From Eledone cirrhosa (Eukaryota), in NCBI GenBank assembly GCA_964016885.1, contig OZ024741.1:20150001-20214000 (forward strand): a stretch of 64,000 bases of DNA. Reading direction: 5' to 3'. The notes beneath the pieces are model-generated. The model made no database searches. It was not told the DNA's origin and saw only the letters and a list, made by a program, of their open reading frames with translations. Made by a program: the position numbers and the translations under genes. The first letter of the stretch is position 1. Every line of letters begins with the position of its first letter. This document shows, in pieces, positions 1 through 11,160 of the stretch.

Positions 1-2
1 AC

Positions 3-149
3 CAGAATTTTGGCTGCTTACTAAAACGTATAGACACAAAAAAAGATAACACACACACGCATACACACACACACACGGCAGCTTTGGGGCAAGCAGAATT
101 TTGACTGCTTACTAAATCGTAGACACATAAAAAGATAACACACACACAC
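3..149. repeat. Imperfect direct repeat (~56-bp shared segment, ~91-bp period) ending in (CA)n
   Basis: cagaattttg(g/a)ctgcttactaaa..cgt..agacac..aaaagataacacacacac occurs at ~3-58 and ~94-149. Confidence 0.75.
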
Positions 150-434
150 TAGATAACACTACATGCGGCTTTGACCGGGAGGGTCATTTAGAGGGAATTG
201 GCGGGGGGGGGGGGGTAAGGCTGCACTGCGCCCCACTTTCCGCCATGGCGATTGGACTGCATGCCCTGCTTTCCAGGTTACCCTTCGCCACTGATGTGTA
301 TGTGTCTGTGTCTGTGTGTATTTCTCTCATTATCTGGCTTTCTGTTTGAACACATGCGCACAGTTCAGCTTCCGTTACCATTTTAGGTGATGTTAGGTTT
401 CATCTATTTAGATCATCGCCATCATCTACAACCA

Positions 435-1100
435 AGAAAAAAATGTTAATGAGTTGTTTTGAGAAAATTTTTTGAAAAATTTTAATTGATATTTTGATGA
501 AACTTTTGATAAAAGTTTTTGGAGAATTCTAATGTTTTGGGGGGGGGGCGAGGGGGGGTATATTTAAAGCAATTTTTGAGAAAAAGATTTTAATTTTTGA
601 GAAAAAGATTTTGATGAAAATTTTAAATAAATTTTTGATAAAATTTTCGGAAAATTTTGTGGAAAATGTTTGATAAACATTTTCACGAGATGCTTAATGA
701 AATTTTTAAAATATGTTTACAAAATTTATCATAAATTTCTGATGAAAAATGTTTGATGAAATTTTTAATGAGATTCCTTAGGAAATCTTAGAAAATTTTT
801 ACGAAATTCTTGAAGAAATTTTAGGAAATTTTTTAATGATTTTTTTTTGTGTATGTGGGGCGGGCTAGTCTTGATGAAATATGGAACTTCATATATTGGT
901 AATATTTTTTATGAATTTTTAGGAAAATCTTCGAGGAAATATTAAAGAAAATGTTTGAGAAAATTTTTATATTTTAGATGAAGTGTTTTGAAAACATTTT
1001 AACAAAATGTTTTAATGGAACTTAGATAAATTGGGGAAGAAATTTTTATTTTAGAAAAGTTTGACAAAACTTTTGAAGAAATTTTAGGGAAAATTAAGAC
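435..1100. repeat. AT-rich low-complexity tract built from degenerate GAAAATTTTT / GATGAAA motifs
   Basis: Recurrent gaaaatttt, tttgatgaaa and ttagaaaa words; no fixed period seen. Confidence 0.7.
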
Positions 1101-1123
1101 AGAAGCCAGGTTGTTGTTGAAAA

Positions 1124-1385
1124 ATGCGCGTGTCGGCAGTATGTGCAGTCCCTGTTGGGGAGGGGAGACTGTTTGTTGTGGTTCTCTCTGACTTACTCTC
1201 GGTTGTACAGACAACCACTCACCCTAGTTTTGCTGACAATACAAATGTAGTTCATGGAATTAAGAGTCATGTTGATTCTGTTAATTATACTCTCCTACAG
1301 CCAGATTTAGATGTGATATATCAATGGGCTGAACACATCAGGCAATTAATGCCGGAAAATGTTCAAGCCTTCCGATATAAACCCG
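1124..1385 (+). pseudogene. Decayed reverse-transcriptase fragment of a CR1/L2/Jockey-group LINE
   Basis: Translation AVPVG..LFVVVLSDL...SFADNT...LLQPDLDVIYQWAEH resembles the non-LTR RT pattern GVPQG..LF..SDL / FADDT / LQxDLxxIxxWA; catalytic DD has decayed to DN. Confidence 0.7.
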
Positions 1386-1439
1386 CTAATACACACACAC
1401 GACAAAAAAGATAATTTAAGCCAGGAGAGGTTACAATGT

Positions 1440-1610
1440 AAATAAATACACACGTGCAGACAGACAAACATTTTTACATACACTTATACATATAGACAAG
1501 TATATATATATATACACTCATACAGACAGAGGCAAGCATATATACCTAGAAACAAAACCACACATACATACATACATACACACATACACACTTACTTACA
1601 TACATATATA
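1440..1610. repeat. Mixed (CA)n/(TA)n/(CATA)n microsatellite
   Basis: Seen directly. Confidence 0.85.
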
Positions 1611-1736
1611 ATGGCGACCGTTGTGGTCAGTGTCCGATAATCGGACGTGTGTAATTACGGCTTACATGAAGGCAACATACCATATATTGGAAAAAGTTGA
1701 GCTACATTACGCGGTAAGATTACATACAATAATTCT

Positions 1737-2065
1737 ACATAAGTGTTTGAACTGAAAGTGTGTTGTAAAACACCTATTTATATGAACGATACATACACTT
1801 ATGATATATGAACAATACATACACTTTTAACATATAAATGCAACGTTGTTATATTACATTTCTAAAGAAATATACAAGTAACGTTTTCGATTCAGAAACA
1901 AAAACATAAGTGTTTGAACTGTGAATATGTTGTGAATAAGTTGTAGAACACCTATTTATATGAATGATACATAAACTTTAACATATAAATACAGCGTTGT
2001 TATATTATATTACATTCATAAAGAAATATACTAAGTAACGGTTCTTTTTGTTCTCGATTCAAACG
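1737..2065 (+). repeat. Two imperfect ~165-bp tandem copies in the R4 element 5' leader
   Basis: acataagtgtttgaactg...aacacctatttatatgaa...aacatataaat...cgttgttatatta...aaagaaatatac..aagtaacg...tcgattca starts at 1737 and again at 1904. Confidence 0.85.
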
Positions 2066-2244
2066 ATTCAAGAACAACGTTTAAAACACAGTTGTAGAAT
2101 TAAAAACTAACTGAAAAGAAATATTACCCAAGCTGTGAATAACTTTAAATTTGATTCTGACAGAACTTTGTCGAAACTTTTAAAGAAGATCATCGACTAT
2201 TTTGAAAAATAAATACGAAATATTAGTGAATAGACGAACTCATC

Positions 2245-5200
2245 ATGGCAAAAAGTACAAGTCTCCTTCGACCAAATCGCAACTACAACCGTTGTATACA
2301 GTGGAGCTACGAGCTTAACAAAGAATTATATGAAGCATACAAACAATCTGAAACCCAAAAGTTCGGTTTTATGCAAAGGCTAAAAACTTTATGGAACTCC
2401 AAACACCCAGAATTAGACTTTTCTCCAAAGCATTTAAATGAACAGGCAAAACGCATCATTAGATGTAAATTGATACATCTAACGGAATTGAGTGATACTA
2501 CAAGTACAGCCTTTGTAGACAACCACCCCACCTCCACTGACAGACAAAGAGAATGGCCAGCTAAATCTAACAGTGAACAGCTCACCAACAATTTTGCTGA
2601 AATCCATCCCACTTCCACTGAAGAACAGCGAGAATGGTTAGCTAACTCTAGTAGTAATTGTCACCACATCAACAACGAGGCTGAAATTCATAACTCTACT
2701 GAACAAACAGAACACCAAAAACTTGTGGACACCTTACAAGTGATATGGAACGATATGTTTCAAGAGATACACAGCCTTAATGTGAGTGACAGACCATACA
2801 ACACCAGAATCAGTAAAGAACCCACTAAATTGGAATTGGAAGCGGTGAACGAAATAGCTGGCAATTATCTGAAGGCTATACGATCTAAAGGTGTAGAAAC
2901 GACATTTGAAACGCTTAATATTTTGTTATATGTTTCAGCTGTCACATTGCTATCATATAACACACATCTAAAACCACGCAATCAAGATACAAACAGAAAG
3001 CCTGAATCAGCGTGGATGCGAAATTTAAAAAGCAAAATTTTGTCCCTGAGACGAAGTATCTCACACATCGCAGTCGTTATGAAATGCAACATAGAGAGCA
3101 ACTTCACACGACACCAGGAAGACCTAAAAAAAGAGAGACGATTTGGAGATACAAAATTTAAAACTTTGAACTCCAAATTACACCAGTTGAAACAACAACT
3201 CACAGCTACAACAGAAAGACTAAAATATAAGTCAACAGCACATAAACGACAAGTGCTAAATAGATTGTTTGCCAGAGATCCTAAATCAGTTTATCGCAGC
3301 TTCGGTGGCAAAAGCTCAATCTCTGTAAATGACACCCCTTCAAAAGAACAGGTTGAGAGCTACTGGAGATCTGTATGGGAAACGGATGACGGATTCAACA
3401 GACAAACTAATTGGCTAAAAGAACTGGAACAGGACTACTGCCAACATGTCCAGACAAAACAATATGACATAGATGGGTCAATACTGGAAACAGCTCTACA
3501 GAAAATGTCGAATAGGAAATCACCAGGCCCAGACCTCATTACAGGATACTGGTTGAAGAATTTCACTTTCTATCGGCAACATCTCATACGGCTGTTTACA
3601 GAAACCATTAAAGGCACACATGAACTGCCCAGATGGTTATCAACTGCCACTACTCTCCTCATTCACCAAAATAGCCAAACCACCCTTGCTAAAAATTACC
3701 GCCCAATAGCCTGCCATAACATCATGTATAAATTATATACTGGGTGCCTTAACCTGTTCTTACAGGATCACTATGCTACCAACAACATCATAACATCTGA
3801 GCAAGCTGGTTGAAAGAGGGAGGTGTGGGGTTGCATAGATCACCTACTAACTAACAAAATGATTCAGGAAAAAACAACAAAGAATCGCAGAAACATGACT
3901 GTGGTGTAGCTGGACTATCAAAAAGCATTTGATAGTGTACCTCATGGGTGGATTATTAAGGCTTTACAGTTAGCCAAAGTCCCACAACCATTGGTAGCTG
4001 CTGTTGAACGCCTGACCAAGAACTGGTACACCAATTTGATCCTTAGAGGTGAGAAGGAGCAAGTTAAGACTGATAAGATACATTACCAGAAGGGCATCTT
4101 TCAGGGTGATAGCTTGTCAGTGCTACTCTTCGTTCTCTCACTGAATCCACTATCTTACCTACTCAGGAAACAAGGTGGACAAAGAAGTGGGTCCAGAAGT
4201 ATCTCCCATCTTTTCTTTGTTGATGACCTGAAGTTGTATGGGCCAAATATCAATGACATCAAGAAACAATTGGACCGCATTACACAATTTTCAACCGACA
4301 TCAAAATGAGATTTGGTGAGTCCAAGTGTGCATATTTGGCAGTAAAACGTGGAAGAGCTGTGCCCTCCTCTAAAAATCTAGTGATGAACGGCCTGACAAT
4401 ACAACTTCTACAGTCAGGTGACAACTACAGATATCTTGGACAGGATGAGAATGTCAGATATGATGGACCCATAAATAAGGAGAGAACCAGAACTGAATAC
4501 CTCACAAGAGTAAAGAAAATATGGTCATCAGAACTGTCAGCGTACAACAAATACATTGCCCACAATACTTATGCTGTGCCAATTCTAACGCCAACATTTG
4601 ACCTGCTGAACTGGTCATTGCAAGAACTAAGTGAGATGGATGTTAGAACTCGCAAACTTCTCAGTGTTACTGGGAACTTTAACATCAATGGTGATGTGGA
4701 TAGGCTATACTTCTCACGCAAGGAAGGTGGCCGGGGTCTAAAATCAATATTAACAACATATGAGACCCGGATAGTAACACTGAAGCAACACCTTCAACAG
4801 AGGAAAAAGGTTAGAAACCATCTTGCCCAGGTCTATGAGCATGAAAAAAAAAATATCATTAGAATAGCGACTGATCTGGAGGAGAGATGTGGAATAAAGC
4901 CTGATATAAATCTCTCACCCAGAGAAATCGGAAGATCATATTCAATGTTCAAACAAGATAAAAAAATTGACCAATTTACAGAAAAAGTTGTGCATGGATA
5001 CTTGAGACGTAAAACATAGACCATAGAGGGGATAAACCACTCAAAAAGGAGGACATCTACGGACCATTGATGAGGAGTTTACAAATCCAGTATCCAAGAT
5101 ACACCTTTAGCTTCATACCCATCATTATTGGAGCTACGGGTTATATACCAACCCGCTTGGACCAAAATATGACTGAACTTGGATCTGCGGACAAAAAGCG

Positions 5201-5285
5201 CAGCTCCCTAATTCATAGTCTACAAATGGCTGCGATAGCTGGCACCTTCAAAATTTGCAAACCATTCTTGCGATTCAAGGGATGA
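2245..5285 (+). pseudogene. R4/Dong-like RT polyprotein, pseudogenised
   Basis: ORFs 2245-3813 and 3991-5019 are in the same frame, broken by TGA 3811 and TAG 3907; TAG 5017 follows. Motifs KSPGPD, NYRPIAC, EQAG, LDYQKAFDSVPH, GIFQGDSLS, SHLFFVDDLKLY. The C-terminal IPIIIGATG...LQMAAIAGT segment (5067-5285) lies in another frame; no CCHC or PD-D motif is visible. Confidence 0.88.
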
Positions 5286-5367
5286 CAATTTCTTTTCTTT
5301 TACCACCTTGCCACCAGGAAGGTGGCCGGTCAAAAAAAATATACTCGAAATTAAGAGAAAGAGATAA

Positions 5368-5410
5368 CATACACACATACATACATACATATACTCATAC
5401 ATACATACAT
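5368..5410. repeat. (CATA)n microsatellite
   Basis: Seen directly. Confidence 0.85.
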
Positions 5411-5454
5411 GATGGCTGCCCCCTCGTTATCGAGTATGACCATTGCACGAGGAG
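5411..5454 (-). mobile_element. Probable 3'-terminal stub of an RTE-clade LINE or RTE-tailed SINE
   Basis: Minus strand CTCCTCGTGCAATGGTCATACTCGATAACGAGGGGGCAGCCATC followed by (ATGT)n; stem-loop CTCG-ATAA-CGAG recalls RTE-type 3' ends (recognised from memory, not searched). Confidence 0.4.
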
Positions 5455-5828
5455 AAAAAAAAATATATTAATAAATAAATAAAAAGGAAAATAAAAATAA
5501 AAAAAAGAAATATATATATATACACACACACATATATATACATACACACATATACATTAATAACAATAATAATAATGATTTCATTTATTGGCCACAAGGG
5601 CCGACATATAGGGGACAACACAATAGACAGGGACAGTGGGGGTTTACATAGAGATCGAGTAAATATAAATAACAAAAAACAAAATAACAATAAAAATACA
5701 ACAATGAAAGTTCCCCAATAAGAGGGATCACCACCCAGGGTTGACTCAAGCACCCCACCAGTCCTGAGCCACCCGACGCTCCTAGGGCACCCGGGAAGGG
5801 CACCCCTCTCCTTCTCGAATTCACCAGC

Positions 5829-8800
5829 CTACAGGCGCATGATCAGAGTAGGCCCACTCACGCGGGCCATTCTCGCCACATTCACCCACCTTTCAGTAAA
5901 TGTACTGGGGGTCAGCACTTCTCTCTCCACCCTCACCTTCCTTTCCAAGTGAAACTTGAAGAAGTTGATGAGGGATTGGCCGAAGAGAAAAGTGTCTGTC
6001 TTCAGTCCTTTCAACCTGGTCCACCATGCAACCTCTTTCGCTACTGCCACCAGGCAGAGGAAAATTGCCTGCCCTTCCTGACCAAAAGAAGGCGGCGGGT
6101 CAATCTTCACTATGGACTCGGACGATAGCCGGATCCGTTCTACACGCGACAATAGCTGTTCGACATAACCCCACAAGTCAGCAATGCACGGACACTGGAC
6201 GAGTGCGTGCAGAACGGTTTCGTCGCTCTGCGCGCATCTCGGGCAGGTTCGTCTGACAGCACTTCCGTGCCTGTAGAGTTTATCCCGAACCGGCAGCGCC
6301 CCCCGGTAGCACTGCCAAGCGAGGGATTTCTGGAAGTTATCCATCGTCCCCGGCTCGAAAGTCCTCCGGAACATACTGGTCAGTTCTACTTCGTTGACGC
6401 CCAGAGCCTCTCCTAGTACGTCATCGCACTTGCCCTCCACTAATCCTCTATAGAAATCTTGAGTGGAAGTTCCACTGACCGCATTGCCCACCTTGCAGAG
6501 TGCAGTGAGCGCCTGGCAACATTCCAGATGCCAGTCGCCCAGTCTCGGTCTCTTCTTGACCCAGGACTGCAGCTCAGTCAAAGAGATGAGCTGCGGAAAG
6601 GCCCGTCTAACAAACGGCGACCACACCTGTTCACCGTTTAGGCAAAATATCTGGAGATGTCGCAGCCTCAGCGCATGTCTGCGCATCATTAGCCACGGCA
6701 TGCCCAGCCCTCCACGAAGAGGGTGCTGGCAGCAGATGGACCGCCTCACCAACGGGACCCGTCCCCTCCACAAAAATTTGAAAAGGAGCCGTTCCAAATT
6801 GGCGAGGCGTGGACGGGGGCAAGGCACGACGGTCAGGCGGTAGTAGATGACGGACGCGATGTACGCGTTCGCCACCTCCGCCCGCCCTTTCAGTGATAGC
6901 TTTCTCTCAGCCCATTTCTGGGTGAGGTTGGCTATCCTGCTCGTCACCTCGTCCCAATTCTTATCCACCTGGAGGTCTGGTCCGAACCAAACCCCGAGCA
7001 ACTTTACCGGTCCGTCTGTCCAGCGCCCAACGACGCTGTTGGACGGCATGGACTTGCCTCTCCAGGTGCCGAGCTGCAAGCCCACCGACTTTTCCGGGTT
7101 AAGTTTTGCTCCCGTCAACCTTTCATATTCCTCCAAATGGGTGCGGATCACCTCGATTTCCGAGGTGTCCGACACCATCACGGTGATGTCGTCCGCATAA
7201 GCGGACGCAGCCTTTCTACGTCCCGGTTCGAGCGGGATGCCCTGCAACAACTCCAGCTTCCGCAGTAGAGGCTCAAGAGTCAATACGTACAGAAGTGAGG
7301 AGAGAGGGCACCCTTGACGGACCGATCGAGAGATCTGAAACGGTTCCGAGAGGTGGCCATTAACTTTGACCACCGAGCAGATGCCGCTGTACATTGCAGC
7401 GATCCAGCTTCTGAAGACGGGGCCGAAGCCAGCCGCCTCGAGGACAGCCTCCAAGTACCGATGGTCGACCCTATCGAATGCTTTCGATTGATCTAAATTG
7501 ATCAGAGCCCCACCGAAGCCAGGTTTGCACCCAACCCTCTCTATGATGTATCGCATGAGGTGGAGGTTGTCGTGTATGGACCTGGTCGGGATTGCGCAAG
7601 TTTGCGCCTCCCCAACCAAATCTTTGACGACAAGCGCCAACCTTTTCGCTAACACCTTGGCCAAAATCTTAAACTCTGTGTTGAGCAGGGTTATGGGCCT
7701 GAAATTATCTAGTGTGTCCCTCTTGTTCTCGTCTTTCCTTATCAGCGTCACTACGCCACGGCTCACAGAACTGGGAATGCTCCCGTTCTGCTGCCAGTTG
7801 CAGTAGAGCGCTTCGAGGAGATCGGAGAACAAGTCTGGCATATTTACGTAAAGCTCGTAGGGCAGACCATCCAGACCGGGTGACTTGCGACTCGAGCAGC
7901 CGACAAGGGCGTCCTGAATTTCGACTGATGTTATCGGCTCTTCGCAGCGCTCAGCGTCGGCCGTCGAGAGGCGTGGCAAGCCGTCGAGGTAGGGACTGAA
8001 GTCCGCCGCCGTCTCCGACTCACCCATCCTCCCGAACAATCGAGCAAAGTGCTGGCGAAAGGCCTCACACATCTGCTTGGAATCGCTCAGTTCGTGTCCA
8101 TCTCGATCCGTCAAAGACCGAATTGTGGTTTTATTTCCACGCTGCGTCTCTGCAAAGCGAGCCCATCGGGCAGCTTTGGTTCCCTCGTTCCTCAGAGCAC
8201 GCGCCTTAGCTCTGACAATGCAACCTTCGTGTTTCGCATTGAAGAAATGGTCTAGTGCCATTCTCGCCGCTAGCACGTCTGTTGCAATGCCACTACAAAT
8301 AGCCTCGTCTAACTTAGCTATCAGCCCCTCCTCCTTTCTATTTTTCTCTATTGCTACTTCTTTGCTAAATCCTATCGAGGTTGCTCTAATCTCTCTTTTG
8401 AGTGCCCCCCACCACCTGTTGTTGACAACCCCCCTGTCAACTTTTGCTTAACTAAGTTGTTGACCCGGTCCCTGTAAGCTTTACGTGCCGGAAACGACAT
8501 GTTTAGCTTCCAGTAGCTAGGTCCTAACCTACGTGTCTTATCTAGGTCGACCATACAGATCACAAGCTTGTGATCTGAATAGGCAACCGTTTTAAAATGT
8601 GGACATCCTACACTATTTCTATCTCTTTTCCTAATGAAAATCCTATCTATGTACGATCTAGATGACCCTATGCGATTGGTCCAGGTCCATACTGGCGCAT
8701 TAGGGAAATCTAGTCGGTACCTGTCAGACAGTTGAAACTGGCTGATCAGGTACTTGAGGCTTTTGCACCCCCCGCTCCTATCAGATACTCCCACACAATC

Positions 8801-9247
8801 CCAGCGTGCTTCTAAGATGCCATTCCAATCCCCTATTAACAGTAAAGGGCGAGACGTAAGCAGAAAGTTTTCCAGGCGCCTAAAGAAGTCCGGCCGACCG
8901 GCCCCAGTAGGGGCGTAGACGGCCACCAGTCTAAAGGCACCACCTTCGCTATTGCTCACGTCCAGGACCACCAACTTTCCGTCAGGATCCCGGAAGATTG
9001 ACCTTACCTCGAGATCCAGACATTTCCTAAACAGCACAGCCACTCCACCTCCCATTCCCGGCCGACTAACAGATGCAAAGATCTGATAATCGTCGAAAAT
9101 CGGCGCCAGTGCGCGTGTGTCGGAAATTCTGGTCTCGCTGATGGCAATTACATCCATTCCTAGTGACCTGAGGTCGTTGAGCAAGTGACCTTGCTTCCAG
9201 GGCGACCCCAGGCCACGAACATTTAAACTTCCTACTCTTATGGCCAT
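5829..9247 (-). CDS. Tx1/L1 ORF2: apurinic-like endonuclease, reverse transcriptase and C-terminal zinc finger (one frameshift at ~8430)
   Basis: APE motifs GSLNVRGL, AISET, VAVYAP, IGDWN, YIDRIF, YSDH; RT motifs KSPGLDG, NFRPITLLN, LDQSKAFDRVDH, VRQGCPLS, AYADD; C-terminal CPRC..ETVLHALVQC. Adding one base in the G6 run (8429-8434) joins both parts into ~1139 aa. Confidence 0.93.
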
Positions 9248-9276
9248 GCTGGCAGGATGAATGGGAGAGGAAAGGT

Positions 9277-11160
9277 TTACTTACCTTCCGGGGTCTTGTG
9301 AAGGTCGGGTGGTTCGACCTCCATGGTTTGTGGGGTTTCTTTTGGGAACCCCTTTAATAGTCTTGACGTGGGTTTTACGTTCGGGGTTCCCACATCCCGA
9401 GGAAAGCTCTTTCGAATTTCTTTGTATGAAGCGAGCGACATTCGCATCAGAAGCAAATTATCTGGTACGCGAAATGTGCTCGCTTCAAATGTTTCCCCGT
9501 CTTTTTCGATGTTTGTGCTTCGTGCTACATGGGCCATCAATTCCTTGTTGGCCCTTCTGGCAAGCACGAAGTTTTTAATGTTTTGTTGCTCGGGTTTTAT
9601 TTGTTCGTGTGATTGTGGTGGTGATAGCTTTGTTAGTGTTGTTTCTATTGTGTCTGCGTTTGTTGTGGGTGGGGTGTCTGTAGTTTCTGATGTTTGTGTG
9701 TCTATTTGTTCTTGTGTCTGTTTAGCTTGTTTGCGTTTGGGGGATTTTGGTGGTTGTGTTGGTGATGCTGTGGGGAAAATGTTTGTGTGGGTGGTGTGTG
9801 TATTTTTTTTTGTGGGGGTGTTTGTGCTTTGTGGATTTCTTTTTTTTTTGTGTTTTGTTTTTTGTATTTTGGGGGACTTTGGTTTTCCCTCATCTTCACT
9901 GCTGGAGGATGAGGGGTCTGTGGCTGTGAGCGTGTTTGTGTCTGAGTGAGTGTTTATGTTCTTGTTCGTGTGTGTATTTTGGGGGGGAGGGGGAATGGGA
10001 GAGCTTTCCTCGTTTCCCCCCTGGGTGTGCAATTTTGGTGGTTCCATTGTTGACGGTGTTGCTGGTGGTCCTTGTCCCGGCGTCGCCAGCAGTGGAATCT
10101 TTCGACCCCTTGCGCTTTTCGGCAGTTGAGGGCAGAAGGCTCGCAAGTGTGTCGTTTCCCCACAAAGGAAACAATGCGGCCTTTTGCCCTCAGTCATTAT
10201 ATGCAACACCCTCCCGTTTTGGAGGCGGATGTGGTCCGGGATTGCTTTTACGTTTTCGGGTCTGATTTGGAGCAGTATCTCCAGATCAACCCCGGACCAG
10301 TCGTCCCTGGCAGTTCTCGTTGCCTCTACCGGGACTGTATCCGTTCCTTCCACGATTACGCAACCCAGGAGCCACCACATATCAAGTCCTGGTGGAATCC
10401 TGGGAATGCGCACACGTGCTATTCGTTTTCCCATGTGGGAGGGGTACATTATAACCTTGCTGGTTTTGCAAGGGGTCATTGAATGCTTCACAGCGAGGGC
10501 TTCAGACTTGAACAGCACCGAAACGGTGCCGTATTGCCTGCCCCTCTCTATGAAGTCTGTGTCCTCTCTGATGTATTTCAGTGCGGCTTCTATATCAGCT
10601 TGGGCGATTATCGCTGCCCTCTTTGTCTCTACTGAGATGCATCTGAAATGCACCGTTCTTTTTTCCACTGCCTCAATGGCTTCTGCCGGGACAGTTAAGT
10701 TTGCCCAGGTCTGCTCTTGATTTATGATTTTCCAGGCCTGGGCCAACTTTTCCTCTCTGTTGGTTAAGTCGATGCTGTAGCATGGTCTCCTTTTAGCCGC
10801 TGCCACAGCAGCGAAGGTGTTCTTGTTGGTGTTGCTGCTGCTATTGCTGTTGTTGTTCTCCCCTGTGTCGTGGTTACCCTCTGTGCTGTTGGCCTTGTTG
10901 GTGCTGTTGCTGTCGCTACTATTACTCTCTGTGCTGTTTGTTTTGTTGGTGCTCTCGCTATTACCACCTTCTGCGCTGTTCGGCTTGTTGGTGTTGGTGT
11001 TGTCGCTGTTACCTACTTCCGCGCCGCTCGGCCCGTTGGTGCTGGCACTGTCGCTGCTCACACTCGTGCTGGTGGCGCTCCTCGCCTCACCTCTCCTCTC
11101 AACGCTCAAGTCGCCGTTGCACGACAGCAGACCCGCCTCTAGGGGGCGTGGCTCCGCCAT
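9277..11160 (-). CDS. Tx1/L1 ORF1 gag-like nucleic-acid-binding protein (627 aa from ATG 11160)
   Basis: Uninterrupted ORF upstream of ORF2; CCHC knuckle CFLCGETTHLRAFC; TFAAVAAA motif; S/T/N-rich N-terminus and K/T/P-rich C-terminus; ATG context AAAAACATGGCG. Confidence 0.88.
   Translation of the reverse strand: MAEPRPLEAGLLSCNGDLSVERRGEARSATSTSVSSDSASTNGPSGAEVGNSDNTNTNKPNSAEGGNSESTNKTNSTESNSSDSNSTNKANSTEGNHDTGENNNSNSSSNTNKNTFAAVAAAKRRPCYSIDLTNREEKLAQAWKIINQEQTWANLTVPAEAIEAVEKRTVHFRCISVETKRAAIIAQADIEAALKYIREDTDFIERGRQYGTVSVLFKSEALAVKHSMTPCKTSKVIMYPSHMGKRIARVRIPRIPPGLDMWWLLGCVIVEGTDTVPVEATRTARDDWSGVDLEILLQIRPENVKAIPDHIRLQNGRVLHIMTEGKRPHCFLCGETTHLRAFCPQLPKSARGRKIPLLATPGQGPPATPSTMEPPKLHTQGGNEESSPIPPPPQNTHTNKNINTHSDTNTLTATDPSSSSSEDEGKPKSPKIQKTKHKKKRNPQSTNTPTKKNTHTTHTNIFPTASPTQPPKSPKRKQAKQTQEQIDTQTSETTDTPPTTNADTIETTLTKLSPPQSHEQIKPEQQNIKNFVLARRANKELMAHVARSTNIEKDGETFEASTFRVPDNLLLMRMSLASYKEIRKSFPRDVGTPNVKPTSRLLKGFPKETPQTMEVEPPDLHKTPEGK

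Larger units (their letters stand above)
1611..5367 (+). mobile_element. R4/Dong-clade (RLE-type) non-LTR retrotransposon, near full length but defective
   Basis: Single long ORF with R4-like N-terminus (IQWSYELNKELYEAY...GFMQRLKTLW..KHPE...HLNEQAKRII), RT motifs and an RLE-type C-terminus; ~630-bp 5' leader, short 3' UTR, (CATA)n on both sides. Ends are approximate. Confidence 0.85.

Noticed and set aside
199-560. Poly-G runs as G-quadruplex elements and the 65-aa ORF 184-381
   Set aside because: Simple homopolymers; the ORF has no recognisable features
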